Position numbers and translations under genes: made by a program
Shown here: positions 13,816 through 26,300 of the stretch, in pieces
Numbering within the stretch: the first letter of the stretch is position 1
Layout of the letters: each line of letters begins with the position of its first letter
Notes under the pieces: generated by a model
Told to the model about the DNA's origin: nothing
The model's database searches: none
Seen by the model: only the letters and a program-made list of their open reading frames with translations
Assembly (NCBI GenBank): GCA_024679065.1
Contig: JAGIQG010000014.1
Span: 48,918,001-48,982,000, forward strand
Direction: 5' to 3'
Origin: Sphyrna mokarran
Taxonomy: Eukaryota
Length of the DNA stretch: 64,000 nt

Positions 13816-15389
13816 CCTATTGTCATTGCACTCTGAAATGTTATCCAAATATTTAATCACCAGTGTTTAGGAAAATTGAGCTAGTAAATTCCACATCATA
13901 CTATTGTAAAATATGCAGTCTCTGCTGCTTATGTAAGTGCATTTGTGCTAACAAAACTTGTCTGCAATATGCAATAAGAGAAAAACATTAAGGCCATCTA
14001 GGAGTGATTGCAAGCCTTGAATATGCATTTTGGTGTGGGGATATCCAAATATTGCCCAAGGTTTATGTACTTATTGTTTTTGGTGGGAACGCTACACATA
14101 CCTAACAACAAACCCACAGTGTCTGATTTGAGATTCTACTTGGTATGCTTTTGAGAAGAGAACTGGCATTTGAACCAGAGAAGATTTGGCCTGGCAAGGG
14201 AAATGAATTGGCATTTGGAGATGAGCAGCCTTTTTGTGGAAAGAAAGGAACTACAACTGTTCTGAATTTGAGGATTCAAAACAAGAAGGACAAAAGATCT
14301 GAGGTGAGAAAAAGACTATCAAATAATAACTGGATAAATTCATCAAAAATCCTGTGCTTAATCACATTCAACATTTCATTGATTTGTACTACTTATTCAA
14401 GTTTATTGAACTGGTCAACCAGCTGTAATTGGCTGTAATGGAAACTGATTTGTGTTTTTTTTGATGTGGGGTTAAATTTTAAATGGAGATTGTGGAAAAT
14501 ATTAAATTGATATTGGGAAGAGCTTAATTAGTTGTAAAGATTAAGGGAAAACTGGTCATACAGTTCTAAGCAAGAATTGTGCAGAATGTGCAACAATTGA
14601 GCATTGTGTGCTCTTGATGGACTTAAATCTTTTCTGAATTCTGACTTTACTAGTATACCTAAAAATTTAATTACGGCTGTATAAGTGTGAATACAAAAAC
14701 ACTGACGCTACGAAGGCCTGATTTGATTCTATTATTATTCTACTGTTTTACATTTCCGTAGCTTACCACATTGAGCTCAATATTCAAACATGGTTCATGA
14801 GCATTGCACAGGTAAGCAAATCTTGAAATATTCCTAGTTTCATTTGAACATTTTTATATCTATGACAAAATAGTTTCAACTTAATGTACTAATTAGTTCT
14901 GTCACTTGGGCCTTCCCCAGCTCCAGAAAAGCCTTGCGTCTGATCCCATTTTGAGCTATTTAACTGATCTTGTCTGGAGGCACACCATATTTAGCTTCAG
15001 CACTTTTGAGTCGGGTGAAAAGCGACCAGGATTTCTCCTGATCATTGAGCAATTCTTTGGGAAGAAAATTATGAATAGATGTTGGGCAAGTACAGAATTG
15101 GGCCTAGCTGCCAGGTTTCTGATATCTATCAAGACTGAACATATGGTCCTTTGGGCAAGGTGATGAAAGAAAACTGGCATTGGCTTCATCAAGGCATTGC
15201 CTTAAGATTACGAAATTTAGTGGTGAGAAAAACAATATTTAAATGATGTGATATATTAATACGCATGCAAATTTATGGCATCATGTGTTTGCATACTAAA
15301 ATGAATTAAACAGTAGTCACTTTTTCCTCAGGAAAATGAAACCTTTTGAATAGATTTTAAATGTGTTTTTGTTCCAAAAATAAGCTCAC

Positions 15390-16422
15390 TTTAGTGTGGT
15401 TCCTTGAAGGTTTGCAAATGAATGCAGTTAAGGGAAACTTTCAACGATTAATTTGACCTGAATGAGTAACCAGTTTTGTGAGGGATGTTTTCAAACTAGC
15501 TCAAAAGGTTGCAGAAACTTGAGTCACACTGAATGTAATTTGCTCTTAAATTTGTGATCTTTTACACTGGTTTGACTGAGTCCTGCAGAAAAGTTCAACT
15601 GAACAAAAAAAATCCAGACTTTTTTTGAGCTTTTGCAGTGAGTTATGATAAATAGGACTGATTGGAAACATTATCAGCAACAAAGACAGGAAGTAAATTG
15701 GTTTTGGAAGTAAATGTTTGTATCAATAGTGGAGGCCAACAACTTTTCAGATTGGAGATTTTAACAGTAATGGGTAAATAGTGAATGTAACTGTGTTGCA
15801 GTTAGACTCATGAATTCTTGGATTCTGATGGATAAAATAGCTAAATTTTAATAGATGGATCTCTAAATTTCTCCTTGGCTGTTGTACTCCAGTGATGTTT
15901 TCACTGACTCATTGTCTATTTAACAGCAGCTTGTATTTATATAGCACCTGTAACGTGATAAAATATCCCAAGATGTGCCTCTGATGCACATTTTAAAGTA
16001 AAATACAACTTATTAGGAAGAATAGGTTGGGTTAATTGGCCATGCTAAATTGACGCTTAGTGTCAGGGGAATTAGCAGAGTAAATATGTAGGGTTATGGG
16101 GATAGAGCCAATTTACTTACTGTCTTTGTTGCTGATAATGTTTCTAATCAGTCCTATTCATCATTCACTGCAAGAATTCAAAAGGGTCTGAATTTTTTTC
16201 TTTTTTGCACTTTTTTGGGGCATAATTCTGCAGAATTCAGTCAAACCAGTGTAAAAGATTGCAAATTTAAGAGCAAATTACATGGTGTGGCTCAAGTTTC
16301 TGCAATCTTTTGTGCTAGTTTGAAAACATCCCTCATACAAAACTGGTTACTCACTCAGGTCAAATTAATCATCGAAAGTTTCTCAACTTTATTCGTTTAC
16401 AAGCTTTCAAGAAACCACTAAA
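15390..16422. repeat. Inverted duplication: arms 15390-15701 and 16108-16422
   Basis: For example tgagtaaccagttttgtgagggatgttttcaaactagc vs gctagtttgaaaacatccctcatacaaaactggttactca; colinear over ~310 bp. Confidence 0.93.
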
Positions 16423-16469
16423 AATGGGCCAAATGGCCTTCTGCACTGTAAACATTATGATTCTATGAA
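16022..16469 (+). mobile_element. HE1-type SINE 3' half, split by the inverted arm
   Basis: SINE body to gatagagcc (16109); tail resumes at atgggccaaatggccttctgcactgta (16424). Confidence 0.8.
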
Positions 16470-16644
16470 TAGGGCAGAAGGGAAGTTTTATTGGAGGAAA
16501 GTGGAGTATAGAGGTGAAGTAGAGGGGAGCTTGGAACCTTGGTAGCTGAAAGCATCAATTGAAATAACAGCTTAAGCCAGCCAAAGAAAGCAAGTCCAAC
16601 CAGTGACAACCAACTGCAAACAACAGCTGGGCAGGACTTAGTTA

Positions 16645-17357
16645 GTGATACGGCATTGGGATGAATTACAGAACAAAAAAGATCTAGGCGTACATGTTCA
16701 TAACTCCTTGCAAATGGGGTCACAGGTGGACAGAGTGGTGAAGAAGACAATTAGCATGCTTGGTTTCATTGGTCAGAACATTGAATACAGGATTTGGGAT
16801 GTCTTGTTGAAATTGTACAAGGCATTGGTAAGGCCACACTTGGAATACTGCGTGCAATTCTGGTCATCCTATTATAGAAAGGACATTTAAACTAGAGAGT
16901 GCAAAAAAGATTTACTAGGATGCTATCAGGGTTTGATGGATTGAGGTATAAGGAGAGGCCGGATAGACTGAGATTTTTTTCTCTAGTGTGTAGGAGGCTG
17001 AGGGGTGATCTTGGAGGTCAATAAAATAGAGGGGTATAGACAAGGTACATAGTCAATACCTTTCCTCAAAGATAGGGGAGTCTAAAACTGAGAGCATAGA
17101 TTTAAGGTGAGAGGGGAGCGACACAAAAAGGTCCAGAGGGGCAAGTTTTTCACACAGGGTAATGAGTGCCTGGAACAAACTGCCAAAGGTAGTAGTAGAG
17201 GCAAGTACATTTTTTAAAAAGCATTTAGATAGTTACACAGGTGTGATTTGGAGGGATTATGGGCCAAGTGCAGGCAATTGGGATTTGCTCGGGTTTTAAA
17301 AAGGACGGTATGGACAAGTTGGGCAAAAGGACTTGTTTCCACACTGTAATTCTATGT
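16645..17357 (+). mobile_element. CR1 LINE 3' fragment
   Basis: DLGVHVHNSL...LYKALVRPHLEYCVQFWS, the CR1 ORF2 C-terminus. Confidence 0.9.
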
Positions 17358-18173
17358 GGATTTGCAACCAGGTTGTGTAATTAAGATGATAACTCATCAC
17401 CATTGTATTATATCATGTAATTGAAAAAGCTTGCTTTCATTGCTTATCGAGAATAAAGATGGTGAAATCACTGGTAAATGTACCAAAAGTTATACACCAT
17501 GAAAATGAAAGCAAATGGGTGAGTTTGTAACAAGTCAGAGGAATAGTGATCCCAAAGAAAACAAAGATTACAAAATACAAATCTCCTCTTGTCATCAAGA
17601 TTTAAAATGCCAACTCTTGTTCTCTCTTCACAGGTGCTGTCAGACTTTCCAGCATCTTCTGTTTTTGTTTCATATTCTGGTGTCTGCACTAATTTGCTTT
17701 TATCTTATGATTTAAAGCAATGTGTTCCCTGGAAATGGCTGATAGCAATTGGCCTGTCTTCAGAGGCATTGTTTTGTATTTAACATTTTATATTTACCTA
17801 ACAAACATTCACTACTAAGCAGTGTGAACTTTGCAGAATTCCTTTTTTCACTGAAGCTTGGAATTCTAGCATGAATTGTCAGAAACTGCACCTCAATGCA
17901 ACTTCTTGCCCAGCATTTCAGGCAATATAGTACTTTGACACAGTTGGTGCCATTACTGAGAATATTGATTAACTTATTACATGCCCATGGTCTACATTCA
18001 GGCTGTTATCGTTGGACTTTTTTTAGCTGATTGACAGGAGTTATTACAATCCATCGAGCTGACTACAATGACGGCTTCCTTTTCAGTGTTACAGGTGTTT
18101 ACACCGTGCTGAAGATCACATGTTTAATAATGGTGTCTATTGCGTAACTTTATTTACTAATCAGAAATACAAC

Positions 18174-18545
18174 TGGAGGAAATGGTGGAGTAGTGGTAAT
18201 GTTACTAAAGTAGTATTCCTGAGGCCCAGGCTAATGCTCTGGGGATACTGGTTCAAATTCCACCACAGCTGCTGGTGGAATTTTAGTTCAACTAATAAAA
18301 TCTGGAATTGAAAGCTAGCCTCAGTAATCCTGACAATGAAACTATGATCTTCTTTGCTATTAAAAACTCATCTTGTTCACTTTGTCTTGGGTAAGGAAAT
18401 ATGCTATCTTTTGTCTGATTTACATTGACTCCAGATTTAAAGTAATATGACTGACTCTTAAAAGCCCTCTGGAATGGCCTACCTAACCACTGAGTCTAAG
18501 GATAACTGGGGATGGGCAGTAATATCCACATCCCATGAAAGAGCA
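18174..18545 (+). mobile_element. tRNA-derived SINE with L2-like tail
   Basis: A-box tggtggagtagtgg, B-box ggttcaaattcc, tail gatgggcagtaat...cccatgaaagag. Other copies at 22895-23235 and 31672-31961. Confidence 0.75.
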
Positions 18546-19144
18546 AGTTTTTAAAAATTAACTATATGAATTCCCAATTAAGTGACAACCAGTGACTTTT
18601 CTGACAGTTTATATATAGTGTTAACGTATAGACACCATCAGTTGAAAATGCCAGATTTTGTGGAAATTAAAATCATGTTTTAGACTTGATGTATTATTAC
18701 AAGCCTGTTGAATTTCAAAGAAATCATCAGTTGTGGGGCGCAGTGCTACCTGAAGTTTGATTTTGATGGTACTAAATCCTACCATATGTCCTTTTGAAAC
18801 CCAGTTAGATCTATAGGTTAAAGAAAACAAAATCCTGCTTGAAGCACTTTTTTTGTTGCAGCCAAGTACATTTTTATAGGATTGGGGCCACTACTAATCT
18901 GTGTCCTCTCACTGACCCCACAAACTCTGGCATGATCAGCATTGGAAATCATAAGAGGACACCTGATCCAGTTGTAACCACCAATAATGTAGCCCTGCAC
19001 AATATCTAGGCCAGAACATTACTCCAAACCATTTACACAAGCAAAAGATCTTGTAGGAAGTTCTGTTGCATTGGATAGGGTGGTTTTCTGTTCTGTTGCA
19101 CATACTTTATCTTTATTACACCTTGAAACCACATTTATTGATTT

Positions 19145-19745
19145 TTCTTTCGCAAGATGTGGGTGTTGCTAGCATTTGTTACCAATATCTAATTACCTTG
19201 AAAAAGTAAGCACTTATTCAAACTGCTGTAGTCCATCTTATGTGGGCACATACCTGGTACTGTGGGAAGTGAGTTCATAGAATCCCTAGTGTGGAATGGG
19301 CCAAATGGCCACCTCATCTGCATTGACCATAATCCTCCCGACACAAGGGTCAATTTAGCATGGCCAATGAACCTAACCCCACATGTTGGATTTTGGCACT
19401 GGATCCAAATCCTGGCACTCTAATAATGGAATGATAATATAGTTCCATATCAGGATGGAGTGGCTTGGAGGAGCTCAACTTAGTGTTTCCATGAATCTGT
19501 GGTCCTTGTCCTTCTAGGTGGTAAAAGTTGTGGATTGGAAGGAGCTGTCGAAAGAGGCTTGATGAACTGATGTGCATCATGTAGATGGTACACACTGCTG
19601 CTATTGTACATCAGTGGTGGAGGGAATGAACGTTTAAGGTGATAGGTGCCAACTGAGGAAGCTATTTTGTCTTGGTAGTGTTGAGTTTCTTGAGTCTTGA
19701 GCCACAGTTATTCAGGCAAGTGGAGAGTATTCCATCACATTTATG
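19145..19745 (-). mobile_element. L2/CR1-like LINE 3' fragment with nested HE1 piece (~19275-19400)
   Basis: Antisense of the same 3' region seen on + at 53990-54335 and 57215-57870. Confidence 0.6.
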
Positions 19746-19754
19746 ACTCTCTGC

Positions 19755-21500
19755 AGAATGAGGCCATTCGGCCCATTGAGTCTGTGACTCCATTGAAAGA
19801 GCAATTCTACCTAGTTCCACTCCCCTTTCTCCTCCCCCCACCCCCCATCAAAACACATTCTTGTCCATTCTTTCTTTTCAGGTAGCAATCCAGTTCCCTT
19901 TTGAATACCTTTGAACAAAGCTCCTTCCGCAATCCTCATGGAGTTTGTTACAGATTCCAATCTGGATGAAAAATTTTCCTCATCTTTTATTCCTTTTGCC
20001 AGCTATTTTAAACTTGTACTAATTCTTGATGCTTTTGAGTGATAACAGTTTCTCACTGTTCAGTCCTCAGGTCATGAATACTGTTATCAAATCTCTTCTT
20101 GGCCTTTTTCTAAGGAAAACCGATCCAGCCTCCATGATCTACTCCTGTAGCTACAGTCTTTTTAGCACTGGAATTGTTCTTGTGAATCTCCTCTACTTCT
20201 GCATCCTTCCTGAAGCATATCCAGAACTGGATGCAGTGCTCCATATGAGGCCTAATGAGTGTCTTACACGAGTTCAAAATGACTTCTATTTTTGTACTTA
20301 ATATCCCTATTAATGAAGCTTAACTGTTCTTGACACATCTTGCCATCTTCTTTGACTGACATGTATATTTTAACCAAGATCTCTGTTCCTGCACCTCCCT
20401 TAGTATTTCTCCCTTTATACTTTCTTCCATTTCTTCCTGCCAAAATGAATCATCTCTTCATTTTTCTGTATTCAGCTTGTGCTACTTATCTGCCCAATCC
20501 ATCAACATGTCTCTATCCTTTTGAAATTCCAGGTTACCCCATCACAGTTAACAACATTTCCAATTTTGGTATAATTTTCAAATCGTGCCCTGAACACTAC
20601 AATCTTGGTCATAATATATTAGCAGGAAAAGCAAGGGCCCAACAGTGACCCCTGAGGAACTCTGACAAAACTTCCTCCAATCTGGAAAAAAAACTTTCTA
20701 CTGTTTCTTGTCAATTTGCCAATTTCTTATTCAACTGGTTACTACTACTTTTACTGAGCTAGAATTTTGCTCAAGTCTGTGTGCCACTGTATTAGTTTTC
20801 TGAAAATCCATTTACATCACATTAACAACATTGCCCTTGTAACAGAATTTTGATGTCCTCAAAAAATTCCAGCAATTACTTAAATGTGATTTTCCCTTCA
20901 TAAATGCATGCTAGCTTTCTTAATTATCCTGACTAATTTTGATCTGAACTATAGTTTCCAGATTTTTCCCTACCACTGAAGTCAAACTGGATCTGCAGTT
21001 GCCAGCTTTATCCTTGCACCTCTTGAACAAGGTTGTAACACTTCCAATTATCCAGTTCCTTGGCACTACCATATTTTAAGACTAGAAGATTATCCTAGTG
21101 CCTCTGCAATTTTCATTCTCACTTTCCTCATTACACTAGCTACATATCATCCAGTCCTTGTAATTTACCAATTTTAAGTAAAGATAGCCTTTCTAATATC
21201 CCCTCTGCAATTGTAACTTTTTTCAGTGTACCAGTTACTTTCTCACTTCAGCCTGCGTAGCAGCATTTTCTATTGTTAAAGACCAATTCAAAGTACTTGT
21301 TTAATAAATATGCAATTTCCCCTGTTTCCACATGCTAATCCCTTTTTTATTTCTAATTGGCCCTACTGTTTCTTTTAGCTCCTGTTTGTTATTTATATGC
21401 ATGCAGAAGTCCTTGGGATTCCCTTTTGACTGTTTTCTACCTGAAATCTGTTGTACGTGCACGTTTTCCTTTTCATTTCCCCTCTATCTCTCTCATTACA
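19755..21500 (-). mobile_element. CR1 LINE fragment, heavily degraded
   Basis: Antisense of GVPQGSLLGP (ggcccaacagtgacccctgaggaactc) and LEHCIQFW (ccagaactggatgcagtgctcca). Confidence 0.8.
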
Positions 21501-21519
21501 CAGGACACAATGGATTTAT

Positions 21520-21800
21520 TTCAGAGTCCCAACAGTGCAGAAGAGCCCATTCAGCCCATTGAGTCTGCACCAACCCTCCAAAGAGCAATTCATAACCCAG
21601 CACATCCATCATAGCTAACACAACTAACATAGACAAAGGGAATTTAGCAAAGCCAATCCACCTAACCTGCACAACTTTGGAAACTGGAGCACCTGGAGGA
21701 AACCCACAAAGACACAGAGAACATGCAAACTCCACAACGTCATCTGAGGCAAAATTGAACCCTGGTGCTGAGGCAACAGTGTTAACCACTATGTCACTGT
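21520..21800 (-). mobile_element. HE1-type V-SINE
   Basis: Antisense V-domain (actggagcacctggaggaaacccac) and head (gttaaccactatg). Confidence 0.85.
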
Positions 21801-21834
21801 AATATTTGTCCTTTTTTCCTTTTAAGGGAATATA

Positions 21835-23295
21835 TTTGTCCTGTCCACAAAAAGCAGGACAAATCTAATCTGATCAGTTAGTGTCCCATCAATCTACCCA
21901 CCATCATCAGCAGACTGATGGAAGTTATTACTGAGTGCTATCAAACAGCACAACTAATACTCATTTGGGTTACACAAGGGCCACTCAGCTTCTGACCTCA
22001 TTACAGTATTTGTGCTTTTTTCTTTGAAGGTGCCCATTATTCAGCCACTACCTTTATTGCCCAGATTTGATTCCAACACAACTCAACTTGGATGCATTCT
22101 CATCTTACTTCGCTTCCCTTAATTAGGTATCCTTGTTTTGGAATATTCCTTTTCCATAGCCTGGCTTTTTCTACATCCCTTCCACTAATAGTCCGTATAC
22201 TACGATGATCAATGTTATTGTACCTTTTTTTCATTCTTACCTTTAGGCAGACGGATTCTGTTCTTGCCCCCTCTGGAACATCCTCTAATATTGTAATATC
22301 ATCTTTAATCATTACTCCACTTCTATCCTTTATTATGGGATGAATTGAACATCATAACTTATGTTATGCTTCAGTTATACACAACAAAAATCCCCATTTC
22401 TGTCATGGAGGGAACATCATTGAAGCAGTTTGAGGATGGCTGGGCCTAGGACACTACCCTGAGGAACTCCTGCAGTGACTGAGATGATTGATTTCCAAGA
22501 ACACAATCATGTTCCTTAGTGCTAGGTATAACTCCTTTTGGTGGTGAGTTTTCCCCCAGATTCCCATTAACCTCCATTTTGCTAGGACTCCTTCATAGCA
22601 TACTTAGTGAAATGCTGCTTGGTGTCATGCAGTTATTCTTGCCTCACTTTGAGTTCAGTTTTTTGTGCATGTTTGGACAAAGTTTTTGATCTCTACAGCC
22701 CGAGTGGCCCCAGTGTAACCCAAAATGAGCATTAGTTGTTCTACTTAATAGCACTGTCAATGACATCTTCCAGTTCGCTGATGATGGTAGGAAGATTAAT
22801 GGGACACTTGTTGGCTAGATGCGTTTTGATCTGTACTTATGGACTGGACATACCTGGGCAATTTTTCACTTTGTTGAGAAGATATCAGTGTTGTTTCTTT
22901 TTATTCATGGGACATCACTAGCTGGCCAGCATTTGCCCATACCTAGTTGCCCTTGAAGGGCAGTTGAGTCAACCACATTGCTATGGATCTGGAGTTACAT
23001 GTAGGCCAGACCAGGAAAGGATGGCAGATTCCCTTCCCTAAAAGACATTAACGAATCAGGTGGGTTTTTCTGACAATCGATAATTTCATGGTCATAAGTA
23101 GATTCTTAATTCCAGATTTTTTAAATGGAATTCAAATTCCATCATTTGCTGTGGTGAGATTTGAACCCAGATTCCCAGAATATTGAGTTTCTGGAGTTAT
23201 AATCTAATGAGAATACCATTAGGCCATTGCCTCCCTGCAGCAGTCCGGAACAGTTTGGCTATGAACACTTATTCTGGAGCACAAGTCTTCAACAC
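21835..23295. mobile_element. Mosaic of L2/CR1 fragments with a minus-strand tRNA-SINE at 22895-23235
   Basis: KKQDKSN...FGLHKGHSASDLIT on +; GVPQGSVLGP antisense at ~22440-22470; SINE matches 18174-18545. Confidence 0.65.
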
Positions 23296-23774
23296 TTGGA
23301 GTTGAAGAGCAGAGGAATATGTGAGTACAGATGCATACCAGTAAAAATGGCAATACATATTAAAAGGCTTTTTTAAAAAAAGGACAACTCTGGTTCATTT
23401 GGAATAGAATTGTAAAACAGAAAATAACATTAAACTTTTACAGAGAGGGGATGCACATAGAGCATAAGTAATATGGACTATTACTTATTATTAAGTAATA
23501 AGATGGACCAATAAACAAATCAATTTGCCTCAATGATGTGACAGCATTTTGAAATTCAGATCCTGCACAGCATGCTGGTTAAGTTTCTCTGTTACAGCTG
23601 CGTTGCAACAGTTTTCTAAAAATAGATTTTTTGTGTTTGACCAGAGATCAAAATTACAGCCAGGAAATGTTTAAATTTGGCATATAAAAGTTGAAATGTT
23701 ATTGTTGAATCTGCCAGTTTCAAAACTGTTTGGCAAAAGGAGTGTGACTACAACTAAAAATTATTTATGAAGCT

Positions 23775-24830
23775 GAATGAAGCAGGAAGTGATGGTATTT
23801 GTGACTGGAAGGCAGTTTCCAGTGTGGTTCCGCAGGGACTGAGTGTATTGAATCACCTGATGGTGTGTGGAATATATGCAGTATTTAGACTCAAATATAC
23901 AAAGTATGATTAAGAAGTTTGGAGACAATAGAAAAATTGGCTATTTCATTTATGGTGATAAACTGTACTGCAGTATAGCTGTCAATGGATTGATCAGGTG
24001 AGCAGAAAAATAGCAAATGGAGTAGTGGGGGAGCAAAGGAATACAGTCAACTCCTGTGATTTACAGGAGTTTAATTGTACATTCCTGCAAAGTGAAATTG
24101 CAAACAGTCATCACATGCAAAATGCATGCTTGCTCTGAGAATAATGTGAGAAATGAGATCTTGACATTTTAAATCATGGATGAGTGAAGTTTTAGAATTG
24201 CAAACTCTGATTACACATACAAATGCTTATATACAGGAAACACGGATGAATGAAGTTTTGGGATTGCGAACTGTGCTTGTGTGGGAAACAAATTTGCAAT
24301 AGAGGTTTACAAATGATGGGAGTTGACTACATGGTGAATGGTAGGATACTGAAGTGCAGAGGAACCTTGGAATACATGTAGACAGATCACTGGAAATAAT
24401 AGGACAAATACATAGGAATAGAGGAAAACTTTTTTATATAGAGGTAGGAGAATGAGATTACAGTAGAACTGTATAAACCACCTATTACATCAAGGTCGTG
24501 TACTGTCTGCAGTTCTGATTGCTGAATTTCGCATGTGATTGTGCTAGAGGGGATACAATAGAGATTCGAGGATGCTGCCAGGAATGGAAAACTTTAGCTA
24601 CAAGACTTGATAGTCTGGGGTTACTTTCTTATTAATAGAAGAAGCTAGGAAGAGGTTTAATGAAGGTGTATAAAAGTAAACGGCCTCCAATATGGGAAAA
24701 ACCTGTTTGCCTTGAGATCAATAAACTGGGAGTATAGACTAAAAGTAAAAGGAGTTGATCAGAAATGGGGCCTGGAATTCAGTATGCCAAATGACAGTCT
24801 CCTGTGCTGCAAATTTCCATAATTCCGTGA
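23775..24830 (+). mobile_element. CR1 LINE RT to 3' fragment, interrupted by a MITE
   Basis: tccagtgtggttccgcaggga (SxVPQG) and downstream ORF2 remnants. Confidence 0.7.
24044..24327. mobile_element. Tc1/mariner (Tigger/pogo-like) MITE
   Basis: TIRs cagtcaactcc / ggagttgac, flanked by TA (24042-24043 and 24328-24329). Removing it restores CR1 ggaaTAcatggtgaatggtagg (EYMVNGR). Confidence 0.75.
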
Positions 24831-25944
24831 AAGGGCCGGTCACTGGTATGTTTCTGCTAACCTTTATCCCTCCATTTCCTTTCAGAACCTGAACCTTAGA
24901 GAGCTCAGCAGAAGTGGAGTATGTTTAGTCAAGCAAGCAGCAGCTGAGACTGGCATCTCATCTAATTTAGAATCTAAATAATAGAGAAGACTGCACTGAG
25001 AAATTCACTGTGCGTGCAGGAAAAAGGTCCAAGAATTATGTCGACAGATGGTGACCTTGCATCAGAAGCCTTTCTACAGAGAGCAGAGATTCAGACCTTG
25101 AGACCCAATCTACAGAAAAGAACAGCTGGCTGAGAAGCATAAACCTTAAGTACACCAGGCAACCTCCAGTGAACTTCCATGAAATGAAAGCAATGAAGTG
25201 CAATGATTTTGTGCATGATTTTCCCGCATGTTGTTAGACTATAAAGTCAACCATAGAGATTATGCTAGAACTGTATAAACCACTAGTTGCAACAAGCACT
25301 GCTATGAAACTCTCAATCTTGGAGCCTTTGATAGGAACGTAAGAATTAGGAGCAGAAGTTGGCAAATTCAGCCCTTTGAGCCTGCTCTGTCATGAAATCA
25401 GATCATGACTGATTTCTCCCTGGTGTCAAATCCACCTCCCCATGTCTCTCTTTTTTTTGATAACTTCAATAAAAGCCCATACTGTCATTTCTATATGCCA
25501 GCATGACTGGATTTTTGAAGTATTGAGACTTTTGAAAGTGTCTCACTATTACCCTTCTGTTCTTGTGCACGAGATTTGTCTCCAGATGGCATTGACAATG
25601 AAAACCAAATATTATCTAATGAAAGGTGATGAATTTTGATGGAGTAAATGCCTTTTTTGGATTGATATTATCCTTGAGATTATAAATCATGTAAGTGCAA
25701 CACCAGACTGAGGTAGTCAGTTTGAGAATTGCGTTAAATGGATGGTAAGGATAGTTGGTGCATTATCTGGCAGCGCTCTTGGCCCTCATCCTTCCTCTGC
25801 AGCCTCAACTTCCTGATTGTATTTGTCCTTGGTTTCTTTTTTGTAGCTCCAATGCTTGTTAATGGGGTTGTTAACATGTAGCACACAATGACTAATATTG
25901 ATATTTGTTTTGATCTCTTTGAAAGTCTCAATCTGTTGAGGTAT

Positions 25945-26300
25945 CAGAACCTTTCCCTTGTGCCAAAAGGGTATAGGTTCAAGCCTCATTCCAGAGACTT
26001 GAGCATAAAACTTTGGCTGACACTCCAGACACTGCTGAGGGAATGCAACACTATCGGATGTCCTTGCTTTCAGATAAAATGTCAAACTGGAGTCTCATCC
26101 AAGATACAAGATCCCATGGCATTATTAGAGGAAGAGCAAGGAAGCTCTCCAAATGCCCTGGTCAACAGTTATATCTCAGCCAACACCATTTAACTGATTT
26201 GTTTATCACATTACAGGTGTGTGGAGTCTAGCTATGTGTAAATTGGCTGTTGCAATTTCCAATTTTACAACAAAGACTGCACCTCTGAAGTTTCATACAG
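25945..26300 (+). mobile_element. Deu-domain SINE (SacSINE1/AmnSINE-like)
   Basis: B-box ggttcaagcc; aagatcccatggcattatt; Deu-like ctagctatgtgtaaattggctg. Confidence 0.7.

Noticed and set aside
15243-15290. Possible SECIS element (ATGA...AA) after the TGA-rich frame
   Set aside because: The 3' strand pairs Watson-Crick (atcat) and lacks the GA needed for the non-canonical quartet; no support for selenocysteine recoding here.
15390-16422. Long inverted arms as DNA-transposon TIRs
   Set aside because: No TSD or terminal signature, one arm interrupts a SINE, and the three pairs are unrelated to each other.
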